Source: Octopus sinensis
Lineage: Eukaryota
DNA: 64,000 nt
NCBI RefSeq assembly: GCF_006345805.1
Contig: NW_021835987.1
Location: 248,001-312,000, forward strand
Reading direction: 5' to 3'
In this document: in pieces, positions 39,583 to 52,716 of the stretch
Numbering within the stretch: position 1 is the stretch's first letter
Layout of the letters: every line of letters begins with the position of its first letter
Position numbers and translations under genes: made by a program
Notes under the pieces: model-generated
What the model was told of the DNA's origin: nothing
Databases searched by the model: none
The model's input: the letters and a program-made list of their open reading frames with translations, nothing else

Positions 39583-41414
39583 ATTCCATAAAACGCTGTT
39601 GCAGGTTCGAATCATTGGACGACAGCCGACGCAATGAAATAGCAGTTTTTATATGAGTACTCAAAAAACGAGCTTTTGTGTGTGTACGTGTGTGCATGTG
39701 TGTGCGTGCTTGCGTCTGTTTGTGCGCGTTTGTGTGTGTGTGTGTGTGCGCGCGCGTGTATTTGTATACTTAAACTTCGAACACCAAGAACAAGTGTTCA
39801 ACACCGTTTTGGTGGATAAAATTCGTCTATTTAAGCTACCATTAGTTACACGTTCAGATGAACTTCTTAATATCTGAACAATTTTGAAAGCTAATTGCCC
39901 GCAAGGAATGACATTCGGCTGTATTGTGGAGGAAAACACGAAAAATCTCAGGAAAAATTTCCTGAACTTACATGACATCGATTCTATGACATATAGAATC
40001 AAGTAATCAAGGGAAGTTACTCTCTAATGACAACTTTTGATTGATTACCTCCCTTGGATTTAAATACTTTCTTGGATGGTGAATTTGCATCATATCATAT
40101 TATGTTATATTCTTGGTATATGTGGAGGGAATTCCTCGGGGTAGGGGTGGCATGTGTGGAGTTCATGTGTTGTATATATTGAATGTTCACGCATCGAGAA
40201 AGAAACTAACCTGCTGGGATTGTTGGCATGGGAGTCTCCTCTTTGACATGTCGGAGTATGAAATATTGCTTGTGTATGTAGCGAGAGAAGGTCTCATCCC
40301 TAATATTTAAGATATTATCTGTTGACTGTATGATATTTAGCTTTTCAGTGATACAGAGCTAATCATTGTAAAGTATACTAGCCATCTCAATATGGCTAAC
40401 CACTAAGGGTGAGTGTTACTGTAGCTTGTAGCCCCAGGAGATCATCGTCTCCAGCTGGCTTTAGGCACCCTTTCTGTGCCCTTATGGTATTTATGGTATT
40501 TGCAAATACCTTAAGAGCACAGAAAGTGTGCCTAAAGCCAGCTGGAGACAATGATCTCCTGGGGCTAAAAGCTACAGTAACACCCACCCTTAGTGGTTAG
40601 CCATATTGAGATGGCTAGTATACTTTACAATGATTAGCTCTGTATCACTGAAAAGCTAAATATCATACAGTCAACAGATAATATCTTAAATATTAGGGAT
40701 GAGACCTTCTCTCGCTACATACACAAGCAATATTTCATACTCCGATATTTCAAAGAGGAGACTCCCATGCCAACAATCCCAGCAGGATAATTTCTTTCTC
40801 GAAGAGTGAACATTAAATATATACAACACATGAACTCCACACATGCCACCCTACCCCGAGGAATTCCCTTCACATACACCTAGAATATAACATAATATGA
40901 TATGATGCAAATTCACCATCCAACAAAGTATTTAAATCCAAGGGAGGTAATCAATCAAAAGTTGTCATTAGAGAGTACCCTCCTTGATTACTTGTTTCTA
41001 TATGTCATAGAATCGATGTCATGTGAATTCAGGAAATTTTTCCTGAGATTTTTCGTGTTTTCCTCCACAATAGAGCGGAATGCCATTCCTTGCGGGCAAT
41101 TAGCTTTCAAAATTGTTCAGATATTAAGAAGTTCATCTGAACGTGTAACTAATGGTAGCTTAAATAGACGAATTTTATCCACCAAAACGGTGTTGAACAC
41201 TTGTTCTTGGTGTTCGAAGTTTAAGTATACAAATACACGCGCGCGCACACACACACACACACAAAAACGCGCACAAACAGACGCAAGCACGCACACACAT
41301 GCACACACGTACACACACACAAGCTCGTTTCTTGAGTACTCATATAAAAACTGCTATTTCATTGCGTCGGCTGCCGTCCAATGATTCCTACCTGCAACAG
41401 CGGTTTTATGGAAT
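39583..41414. repeat. ~1.8-kb imperfect palindrome centred on a foldback MITE
   Basis: Arms of about 915 bp; centre GGTATTTGCAAATACC at about 40495-40510. Confidence 0.9.
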
Positions 41415-41698
41415 ATCTGCGTGTTTGCATACGTAGATATTAACAAGTGAAACCATGGTACGTAGGTAATCGTTTTTTATTCCGTATATTTTCATTTGTT
41501 TCGCTTAATTTTACATTTTGGCGTTTTGCTGAGATTTTGCTTGAGAACACACCCTTCGTTTAATGGCGATTTGACGTCTATGTTTAGCATATTAGGTGTC
41601 CTCTTGATTTTGTATGTACGCAATTTTTAATCTTCGGATGTTTTAAATATGCTAAGCCACTGGTTTCAATTGATTAATATCAATTTCTACTCTTATTA

Positions 41699-41788
<90 letters not shown>

Positions 41789-41946
41789 TGTAGGTCCCGG
41801 GTTGAGTCGGGGTTAACCACAGTAAATAAGGTACTCAATACATTGCAGCTTCCTGAAGATTTCATCTGAATGAAACAGTTCTAGTCCTGTAGAAGCTCCT
41901 TCTATAAAATAATATATATATATATATATATATAATTGTGTGTGTG

Positions 41947-42197
41947 TGAGGTATATTTGTCATCTCAATATGGCTAACCACTAAAGGTGGATGTGTTGCT
42001 GTAGCTTGTAGCCCCATGAGAACATCTACTCCAGCTGGCTTTAGGCACGCTTTCTGTGCCTTTAAGGTATTTGAAAATATCTTAAGAGCACCGAAAGCAT
42101 GCCTATTGCCAGCTGGATGAGATGTTCTCCTGGGGCTACAAGCTACAGTAACACCCACTCTAGTGGTTAGCCATATTGAGATGGCAAATATACCTCA
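41947..42197. mobile_element. Foldback MITE, same family (half copy 37213-37336; another copy about 40375-40625)
   Basis: Palindromic, with the same termini. Confidence 0.8.
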
Positions 42198-43181
42198 CGT
42201 TGTCGTTCAGTTACTGTTTTATACTTCGTTCAGAGATTTATTGTATATATATATATGTATATTTTTATTTCTTTTAATAATATATTATACGACTAACGCA
42301 CGCACCCTCTTAAGTAAGATTGATCTGTATATCAAGTTCGCCTTGATATTAACTCTCACGCGCCACTCTGCTCTTTCTTCTTTCTTTCTTTCTTCTATCC
42401 CATCCCCTTTTCGTCTTTTTCCCTCACTTAACTTGTCTCCTCCTCTCTCTCATTCATTCTCATTCTCTCTCTCCCCCTCACCATTCTTCATGGTCTCCTC
42501 GCACCATTCCCTTTCTCTCCTTCCTCTTGCTCCTCCTCCCCCATTCCCGTCGTCCATCTGCGACGATACTTCCGCCGTAACTGCTAACGTCTTTCTCGCC
42601 CGCCTTTTAAGGCTACTGGACGACTTTTCCTGCTCTCTCGTCGTTCACAAAAAATTAGCGTTTGCAATACTTTTTTCGTTCGGCGTCAACAGCCCTTCTT
42701 ATCTTGTTCTCCCTGTCCTGTCTTTTACTATTATATTTTTTTACTGTTTATATATATATTTTTTTAACTGTTTATATTTTTGTACTGTCGTTACTGTCCT
42801 CGTTTTTTTTTACCGTTTTCTTATTTTTTACCATTTTTTTACCCCTCTGCGAAAAGATCTCAGAATTTTAATTGATTTGCTTTTCGCAGGAAGGAAAGTT
42901 TCTTGTCGAAGATACGTCTCGCTTTATCCTTCGAAACGTAGAGTAGATGAAACCTTAGCGACTGAAGAAGGGTTTTTTTCGTTCTGTTAACTGTCCTGTA
43001 CTCCATTTTTTTGTTGTTTTTAAAAAAATGCCCTGTTCCTTTGGTTTGTGTCTATGTTTGCGTTTCTCTATGTGTTCGACGTCCCTTTGGTGTCCTGTAC
43101 TCATATATGCGTGTATATGTACATGTAGAGATAGGTACGTACATATATGTTTATATATATGCATATGTTTTATTTCTTTTA

Positions 43182-43219
<38 letters not shown>

Positions 43220-43221
<2 letters not shown>

Positions 43222-43530
43222 CGTGGTCACCGTGACCGACCATGCTATCACATGTTGCTACACATCGCTGGTCACAATGTGCTTCGCATTGTTTTAGCCT
43301 TCAAATGACGCCACCCCGCTGGCTAAGCAAGCAGGCCAACAGAAGAAAGAGTGAAAGAAAGTTATGGCGAAAGAGTACAGCAGAGATCGCCACCAGCCAC
43401 TGTCAGAGCCTCGTGGAGCCTTAGGTGTCTTCGCTCAATAAACCCTCACAAAGCCCGGTCTGGGAATCGAAACCGCGATCCTACAATCGCGAGTCCGCTG
43501 CCCTAACAAATGGTCCATTGCGCCTCCACA
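43220..43530 (-). mobile_element. tRNA-derived SINE family 3 (mirror copy at about 36815-37130)
   Basis: Minus strand begins with a tRNA-like GGAGGCGCAATGG...GGTTTCGATTCCCAGACC head. Confidence 0.65.
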
Positions 43531-44284
43531 CACACCACACACATATATATAGTTTGTACGGAAAGAGGTTGTTTTTCCTAGGGATAAATTTTATCCAAGT
43601 GTACACCAGTTTTGCTCTATATCGACTAACGATATTGGAAGTTCTATATATGTATATATACTAGGGGATACCGTTGGTTCTTCTTTGATATTAATCACTT
43701 ATACTTCTGAAATTCCAGTTGTCTCTACAGAGGTTTACGTTATTTTCCATAAAGGATAATAGATTTTAACAATATATATAAACTGCTATAAGATCGACCT
43801 CATCACGAACTTAAGGTTTAAATTCGAAATCAGAATACTAGCCGTTTATTATTCTTTTCTTGTATTTATTTCAGTTATTTGACAGCGGCGCTGCTGGAGC
43901 ACCGCCTTTAGTAGAACAAATCAACTTCAGGCCTTATTCTTTGTAAGCCTAGTACTTATTCTATCGGTCTCTTTTGCCGACCCACAAAGTTACGGGGACG
44001 TAAACATACCAGCATCGTTTATCAAGCGATGTTGGTGGGGAGGGTGGCAGGCACACGCATAAAAACACACACACACACATACATACAGTAAGTGACACAC
44101 TCACACACACACGACATGTTTCTTTCGGTTCCCGCCTACTAAATCCACTCACAAGGCTTTGGTAGAAGACACTTACCTAAGGTGCAACGCATTTAGTATG
44201 AACTAGAACATAAACAACAACAACAACAACAACAGCTCTGTCTGTGGGGTCAGAGAAAGCCAATCACAACTCGAAAGACGGACT

Positions 44285-44845
44285 TCGAATATTTATATGG
44301 ATTCTTTATTAACAGGTAATACTTTTCCTACTGGGATCACTAGTGTGGTCAGCAGGATTGGATGGACGTGAACAACTTAGAATATTTATATGCATTCTTT
44401 ATTAACAGGTAATACTTGACCTACTGGGATCACTAGTGGTGGTCAGCAGGATTGGATGGACGTTAACAACTTTGAATATTTATATGGATTCTTTATTAAC
44501 AGGTAATACTTGACCTACTGGGATCACTAGTGGTGGTCAGCAGGATTGGATGGACGTGAACAACTTAGAATATTTATATGCATTCTTTATTAACAGGTAA
44601 TACTTGACCTACTGGGATCACTAGTGGTGGTCAGCAGGATTGGATGGACGTGAACAACTTAGAATATTTATATGCATTCTTTATTAACAGGTATACTTGA
44701 CCTACTGGGATCACTAGTGGTGGTCAGCAGGATTGGATGGACGTTAACAACTTTGAATATTTATATGGATTCTTTATTAACAGGTAATACTTGACCTACT
44801 GGGATCACTAGTGGTGGTCAGCAGGATTTGATGGACGTTAACAAC
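44285..44845 (-). repeat. 94-bp tandem array (about 6 units) 3' of copy D
   Basis: Reverse complement of the same unit. Confidence 0.93.
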
Positions 44846-44876
44846 AACAACTATAGTATCATGTGCTGGATAAATT

Positions 44877-44925
44877 CTACTGCCTCAGGCGGATGAATAC
44901 GGCCATGGAGTCTCTAATGTATAAC
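44877..44925 (-). pseudogene. Copy D exon 5, 1-bp deletion
   Basis: Reverse-complement match to C exon 5 ending in DSMAVFIRLRQ-TAG; 49 versus 50 nt. Confidence 0.72.
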
Positions 44926-45155
44926 CTGGAAGTAACAATAACAACATCAATAACCAAAGGAATGGAAATAAATCGTGGAAGGTCTTCATACGCGTTCACT
45001 CGAATTACTAGAAATAGCAGCCAATCTTTACATCGTTGAGTGGGAAACATAAACAGGAGGGTCATGGTCGGACGCTTTTAATAATAAATCAGTTGAATCA
45101 ATGCTCACACACATAAAACGCACACACACACACAAAATAAAAAAATATCACTCAC

Positions 45156-45317
45156 CATTGTCCCATAAGATTTTCTTGTTTTTATGAGAATAACGGATTG
45201 ACGGAGAACGACGTGTGTAACCGAACGAACACGCCGGCGGATGGTCATCAGTAACCAACCAGCCAGTCATCTTGAACATCTATTTATTTTTTTCGATATA
45301 TGAAGAGACGATCTTTC
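45156..45317 (-). pseudogene. Copy D exon 4, frameshifted in its 5' part
   Basis: CCACAG/GTGAGT; 3' part open: GWLVTDDHPPACSFGYTRRSPSIRYSHKNKKILWDN. Confidence 0.72.
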
Positions 45318-45368
45318 CTGTGGAGTTAATAAAAGTTGGATGGGTTTCAGAATATGGAAACCTAACAT

Positions 45369-45835
45369 TTACTCTTTTACTTGTTTCAGTCATTTTGACT
45401 GTGGCCATGCTGGAGCACCTCTTTCAGTCGAGCAAATCGACACCAGGACTTATTCTTTGTAAGCCTAGTACTTATTCTATCGGTCTCTTTTACTTGTTTC
45501 AGTCATTTGACTGTGGCCATGCTGGAGCACCTCTTTTCAGTCGAGCAAATCGACCCCAGGACTTATTCTTTGTAAGCCTAGTACTTATTCTATCGGTCTC
45601 TTTTAACTTGTTTCAGTCATTTTCACTGCGGCCATGCTGGAGCACCTCTTTTCAGTCAGTCGAGCAAATCGACCCCAGGACTTATTTTTGTAAGCCTAGT
45701 ACTTATTCAATCGGTCTCTTTTACTTGTTTCAGTCATTTGACTGCGGCCATGCTGAGCACCGCCTTTCAGTCGAGCAAATCGACCCCAGAACTTATTCTT
45801 TGTAAGCCTAGTACTTATTCTATCGGTCTCTTTTG
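45369..45835 (-). repeat. Four tandem copies (about 118 bp) of the SINE family 2 3' end
   Basis: TTACTTGTTTCAGTCATTTGACTG...TATCGGTCTCTTTT repeated four times. Confidence 0.85.
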
Positions 45836-47202
45836 CAGAACCGCTAAGTTACGGACGTAAACACACCAGCATCATTTGTCAAGCGATGTTTGGGGGAGAA
45901 ACCAGACAAACATACAGAAACACACCAACACACCACCCACAATATATATACATATATATATAGTATATATATATATATATATAGCACATACGACGGCTTC
46001 TTTCAGTTTCCGTCTACTATTCCCGAGGCTATAGTAGAAGACACTTGCCAAGTATATATAGTCGCGTTGTTGTATATTTTGTGTGTTTCATGTTTAGATT
46101 AACTGTATATATATATGTTGTGTGTGTGTGTGTGTGTGTGTGTGTGGTGTGCGGGTGTGTGTGTGGTGTGGGTGTGTGGTGTTGTATGTGTGTGTGTGTG
46201 TGTTTGTGCTGTATGTCCCCAACACGCTTGACAAACCGATGCTGCTGTGTTTACTTTCCCGTAACATAGCGGTTCGGCAAAAGAGACCGATAGAATAATA
46301 CTAGGCTTAAAAAGAATAAGTCCATGGGGTCGATTTGCTCGACTGAAGGCAGTGCTTCAGCATGGCCGCTGTCAAATAACTGAAACAAGTAAAAGAATAA
46401 AAGAGTGTACATTTTAAGGTGAAAATACATTTTCGTGCTTCCCACTTTAAAATATGCTACTTAATGGAAATTCTGGTAACTCTGCTGTTCGTAACGAGAA
46501 AGCATTTCATTGGTCGTGTATGTTGAAAATACAGAAATGTACCATTAATAGAGTTATAGCCTCTTGCAGCAGCGGTGGTTGTTCCTTCTCGAGCCATACC
46601 TGGCTCATAAGGGCCGGTTTCCCGGTTTCTTGGCGTACAGGTTCCCCACCTGACGGGACGCCTATCCGTCGCAGGTGAGCTGTAAGATTTAGAAGGAAAG
46701 AGTGAGAGAAGTTGTGGCGAAGAATCAGCAGAAGTTTCGCCATTACCTTCTGTCGAAGCTGCGTAGAGCTTAGGTGTTTCGCTCATAAACCCACATATCG
46801 CCCGCTGAGAGTCGAACCCGCCGACCCCTCGACCGCGAGTCCGCTGCTCTAACCACTAGGCCATGTGCCTCCACAGCAGCGGCGGTGGAATAGCTAAATC
46901 TATTTCTTGCTTTAGCAAGCAATCACAGCGGTGCTGTAGTTAGCCCGAATGCCTGGATATATTTCATCTTTACAGACGCAGCAGTATTATTTCAAATTAG
47001 CATTCTGTATATCATAACAAATGAAGATATACTGTTTGAAGCCTGGGCATATTTGTTCGTCTCCAGAAAGTTTAGCGTCTAAATGTATAGGTTAAACTTT
47101 ATATCTGTTTGCCTACGAAAGTTATATGTTTTGTACCATGATAAGTCTCTACGTAACGAAGAAAGAACAAGCATAAAAGATATATAGATATACTATACTC
47201 AC

Positions 47203-47354
47203 GTCATTGAGAAATACAGATTGGTGGCGGAAGCTAGGTCGTCCCATGGTGAACTTTTCAAATTTTTCTGAGAGAACCCAGGTTTTAGGGTTGTATTCGT
47301 CCATCAATATCATAGTTACGAAGCGATTTCGTTTTTATAGATTACCACTTTTAC
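47203..47354 (-). pseudogene. Copy D exon 3, frameshifted
   Basis: TTGCAG/GTGAGT: VKVVIYKN...KNLKSSPWDDLASATNLYFSM, with several 1-bp indels. Confidence 0.72.
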
Positions 47355-47374
47355 CTGCAAAAAAATGAGCATGT

Positions 47375-47414
47375 AGCACACACATATACACCCGGTACAC
47401 CCACACACATACAC

Positions 47415-47451
<37 letters not shown>

Positions 47452-47987
47452 CACACAAATATACACAAACACACACACGCAAATACACAAACACACACAC
47501 CACAAATACACAAACACACACACACGCACACACACCACGCCGCGCACACACCCCACGCACCGAACACCCAACACACAACCACACACACACACAAAACCAC
47601 ACAACAAAAACACACACCCCTGACACCACACACAAACAACCACACACACACAAACACACCACACAAACACACTGCACAACACACACCAAACCACACACAA
47701 CACAAACACACCCACACACACACCCCTGACACACACGCGCAAACACCCACACACAACCACACACACAAACACACACACACCACCCACAACAAACACACAT
47801 GGACACAAACACACACACACACACACACACACACGCACCACACAAACGCACACACACACACCAACACACACACACAAACACACACCACACACTGTCACAC
47901 AACACACACACAAACACACACACACGCCACACACACACAGAAACACAAACCCACACACACAAACACACACACACAAACACACACCCA

Positions 47988-48039
<52 letters not shown>

Positions 48040-48190
48040 CAACACAAACACCCACACCAAACCCCCACACACCACCCCCACACTGTACACACCACACACA
48101 AACTCACATACACACACACAAACTCACACACACACAAACGCACACACACAACCTCACCACACACACTGTCACACACTGACACCCACTGAC
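47375..48190. repeat. Degenerate (CA)n microsatellite
   Basis: Direct inspection. Confidence 0.95.
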
Positions 48191-50007
48191 ACACACGCAG
48201 AGTAAGAACAGTAAAGCATGTGGACCTTGTGGCCACTTGGACTCAAAGTTAATATTTTGTTATTCTTCTTGTGAGATGCCAAGTTCGAATAACAAACAAA
48301 GCTGTTAGACTAATGTTCACTCTCATCATTCTTTTGATCGAAACGAATTTGCATAACAGTCGAAATTTAATGATTTTGATTGGCCTATCACCTAATCCGT
48401 ATCTTGCTATTATAATAATAAATGAAATTAATGTATACGTGCTCAGGTGCACCACAACTTGTCAGAAAGTGCGTATAAAATATATGCAGTAATGTAGAAA
48501 TGTCTGGAAAGCAAAGAGTGTATGAGTCAGACATAAATAATTTTTTATAAACAAACGCAGAAGTGGCTGTGTGGTAAGTAGCTTGCTACCAACCACATGG
48601 TTCCGGTTCAGTCCCCACTGCGTGGCATCTTGGGCAAATGTCTTCTACTATAGCCTCGGGCCGACCAAAGCGTTGACTGGATTTGTAGACGGAAACTGAA
48701 AGAAGCCCGTCGTAAATGTTTATATATTGTGTGTGTGTGTGTTTGTGGTTGTGTGTCTTGTTTTGTCCCCCTAGCATTTCTTGACAACCAATGCAAAAGA
48801 GTAGAAGAGTAAACCCGAAAGATTTGCAGTTACGGAGCAAAAGCTACTATGGAAGGCTCATAGTATAATAAACTGTACAATAACTCTATATAATATATAT
48901 CATAATGATATTTAACCTCCGATTTTAAAGCGACAATTTTTGAATGTATATAAAGACCGAAAAATGATGAGCTAACCTCGGGCTGAGGTCATGTATTTCG
49001 CTCAAACCGCATTGTTGATTAAAATTTCTTCATTTGTGTATTAAGGCTATTATTGGTTTCATTTAAGGGCGAATGTCTTAATATGTCAACATTTCCAAGC
49101 CGATTACCTGGAAGGAGGGTGTTAGTCTCCATTGTGGATGAAACCACGAAATATCTAGAGTAAAACATTCCATGAATGACACATCTCCGCAATAAATACA
49201 GTGACGAAAATAAATTTCAATTTTGAACTAGCCATGATCCAGACTGCTCTTGATCTGGGCTCTGACAGGTCCCTGGTTCGTCTGTTCCCACAAGGTTTTG
49301 TTTGTTACTCAATCTTGCCATCTCACAAGAAGATGACAAACTAATTCAGCTTTGAATCCAAGTTACACCGAGGTCCCACGTGCTTTACTTCTGCCGAGCT
49401 CAATAAAACTTTTACAGTCAGATTGTATGCTATTTCAGCACATCGATTTTGTTTCCCATTTACTCATCCAAACCCCAAAAGGAGATCTTTTGTCTGTGAT
49501 AATCTTTCTTATTACTGCGGTTTGCCGCGGATAGAATTCTATTCAACATTGTTTCGCCTTCCTCATAAATCATTTTTGTAGGTCAAAAATGTAACAAGCA
49601 ATTGAATTGATCTAAATATCTGTTAATCATTATTACTATTAATAAATAAATCTTAGAGCGAGTTTATAAACGTAGCTACAACACACCGTAACGTATATTT
49701 GCCATTTAGATATGGCTAACCCTAAGGTTGGATGCTACTGTAGTTGTAGTCCCAGGAGGACACCTCCGTCCGCTGGCTATAGACACATTTTCTGTGCCCT
49801 ATCAGTATTTGCAAAGTGAAGCCATCCTTCCCGTCTTTAACTTATGATACACACGGACTCGAGTTCTGGGAGGTGTCCTCCTGGGGCTACAAACTACAGT
49901 AGCATCCACCCTTAGGGGTTAGCCATATTTAAATGGCAAATATACGTCACGATTATTACTATTATTATATATATATTAGTGTATGTGTAATGCATACGGC
50001 TACGTAC

Positions 50008-50185
50008 CTCATCAATTGGAAGATTTCCCAGAAATCAAGGAAGGGATGTCGGAAGAAGTTAGGACAGAAGGTACCATTGCATTTGTCCACTTTCAGGTTG
50101 AAGGACTTCCTATATTCAGGAAATGAATTATAAATTTTCGAACCAGCTCTCATTGTTAGGGCATATGTTTTAATCCATTGTCTGT
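50008..50185 (-). pseudogene. Copy D exon 2, frameshifted
   Basis: TGTCAG/GTACGT, 178 nt: RQWIKTYALTMRAGSKIYNSF...KVDKCNGTFCPNFFRHPFLDFWE, with three 1-bp indels. Confidence 0.75.
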
Positions 50186-50239
50186 CTGACATAAGTATAA
50201 GTATTATTTATTATTATTGTTCTTTTTTATTAATTGTTT

Positions 50240-50273
<34 letters not shown>

Positions 50274-50888
50274 GTAGTAAGTAGTTAGTAGTAGCAGCAG
50301 CAGTAGTAATAGTATTGGCTCAAATCTGAATACCTGGAACATAATTTCGGCCATGAACTTATGCGCGCCGCAGTAGTTCGGTATGGCGCTGGATCCTTAA
50401 CTGAACAGAGGAGGAGAGATAAAGTTGGACAGGAGACAAGGAAGCGTCTAATGATGCATGGAGGCCATCATCCACGTGCAGACACTGATCGTCTCTACAC
50501 GAAGGAGGCAAATGGAGGAAGGGCACTGATAAGTGTGCAAGACTGCGTAGGTATCGAACTCGGGAACTTGATGAGACAGATATGCTAAAGCGAGGAAAGC
50601 TTGCTAGTGGCAGTTAGGACTGAGGGAGTATTGAAAGCCGAAAAAAACGCAAAACAAAGGAAGAAATACAAAAAGGATAAGGAAAGCATAAGGCAAAAAG
50701 GGACTCCGCAATCATTTTCCCGTAACCACTGATAAGGGCAGTGATAGGTGTGGACGACTGCGTAGGCACCATTATAGGTATTCATAGTCGGTGAAATAAA
50801 TAAATCAAATTGTGAATAAATGAAACACTCGGATTCTATCACTGTAGACATACACGCATTCATGCTCGCTCTCACACACACACACACA

Positions 50889-50920
<32 letters not shown>

Positions 50921-51069
50921 GCCATACATACATACACACACAAAGAGTCTCATATGTATGTCATTATTCAGTTACTTTTTCAAATTTCTTTCCATAGAGA
51001 AATAATCATTTTCACCTACATCCAAGCTCCTTCATTGGAATTTCAAGATCAACAACAGGTATTTTTGTT

Positions 51070-51297
51070 TGCATGTATGTATGTTGTATGTATATATGTA
51101 TGTATGTAATGTATATATGTATGTATGTATGTGTATGTATGTATTATATGTATTGTGTTATGTATGTATGTTGTGTGTATGTTATGTATGTGTGTATGTA
51201 TGTATATATGTGTGTATGTGTGTATGTATGTATGTATGTGTGTGTATGTATATATGTATGTATGTATGTATGTTTGTATGCAGGCATGTACGTATGC

Positions 51298-51330
<33 letters not shown>

Positions 51331-51480
51331 TGTATGCATGTATGTATGCATGTATGTATGTGTATGTATGTATGTATGTATATATGTATGTGTGGGTAGG
51401 TATGTGTGGGTATGTATGTGTGGGTATGTATGTGTAGTATGTTTGTATGTATGTATGGATGTATGTATGTATGTATGTAT
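51070..51480. repeat. (TATG)n microsatellite at the outer breakpoint of the inverted duplication
   Basis: Direct inspection; the mirror tract is (CATA)n at 29735-29810. Confidence 0.9.
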
Positions 51481-51482
51481 TA

Positions 51483-51620
51483 ATTTTCAAGTGAAAGGAA
51501 AGATGAGACGCATTCTGCAAACAAATGGTTCATATTTGGTTGATTAAAAAATGTTAAGTCAGTATTTATTGACCTTTTTCTTTCCTTAAAATCGTCACGA
51601 ACTTTTCGGACAACCCAACA
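51483..51620 (+). mobile_element. Mariner 3' end fragment
   Basis: Matches 63835-63962, including the TIR. Confidence 0.8.
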
Positions 51621-52249
51621 TTTAAATTTATTATTACCTCTATGTTTTAATAAAGATTTGCTCATTAGAACCATACTATTTAATGGAAACGAAGCGAATA
51701 TATAGTGGTATTTCAAACTGATAACTCCGTCATGTACCACGCCGTTATTTTGATAAATTTGAAGTCCATACTTAAACATACATTTTCTTAGTTTTTGTAA
51801 CTATCAAAAGTCCGTTACGAATATTGATATGCTGGCCAGAGAAGAGAAGCATCCAGGTTTCATCAACAGAGAGGCTGGTTATTACTTATAATCGATTATT
51901 CGATTTTTGTCATGGATTTTTCCTCTGTGTATAAATATATTAATAAAATGTATATACATACATCAAGGGAAAGTTTACGAAAATAAACAAAAGACGAAGG
52001 CAGGTGGAGTAAAACAAAACAAATATTAGTATAGCGCTCAGGAATAGAAAAAAGTCTTTACGTTTCGAGTCTACGTTGTTCGACAGAAGATTACATACAT
52101 GCATACCACGCATACACGCATACACACACACATGCACGCACACACATAAACGCACACACACACTTGTAAAACTGGTTATTGATACGTTCATTTACTTTTG
52201 GGTATACAAGAGAAAATAGATCATTAACCACACATCGCTTAACGGTACC

Positions 52250-52252
52250 CTA

Positions 52253-52295
<43 letters not shown>

Positions 52296-52700
52296 GAAAT
52301 ACAACAACACACGACAACAATAATAATGATAATAATAATAATAATGATAATAATAATAATATAATAATACAACAACAACAGCAACCAATAATAATAATAT
52401 AATGATAATAATGATGATGATAATAATGATAATAATGATAATAATAATAATAATAACAACATCAACATCAACAACAGCAGCCATAATGATAATGGTAATA
52501 ATAATAATATAATAATAAAATAATATATAAATAATAATAATGATAATAAATTTAAAAAATAATAATAATAATAAAAAATATACAAAATAATAAGAAGAAG
52601 AAGAATAATAATATAAGAAGAAGATGAAGAAGAAGAAGATAAGAAGAAAAGAAGAAAAAGAAAAGAAGAAGAAGAAGAAGAAGAAAAGAGAAGAAAAAGA
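52250..52700. repeat. (AAT)/(AAG) compound microsatellite
   Basis: Direct inspection. Confidence 0.95.
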
Positions 52701-52716
52701 AGAATGCTTCACTTAC

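Larger units (their letters stand above)
41940..51050. repeat. Right arm of large inverted duplication
   Basis: Reverse complement of 29760-37336, with extra insertions such as 42260-43215. Confidence 0.85.

Noticed and set aside
42895-42975. Degenerate hammerhead-like text in the 42260-43215 insertion
   Set aside because: Core is broken (CTTGTCGA...GAAACGTA; a lone CTGAAGA); at most a decayed PLE remnant
42163-42990. 275-aa ORF
   Set aside because: Spans a MITE end, (TA)n and CT-rich low-complexity sequence; no recognisable domain
45272-45805. 177-aa ORF with internal repeats
   Set aside because: Read-through of tandem SINE tails, antisense to D
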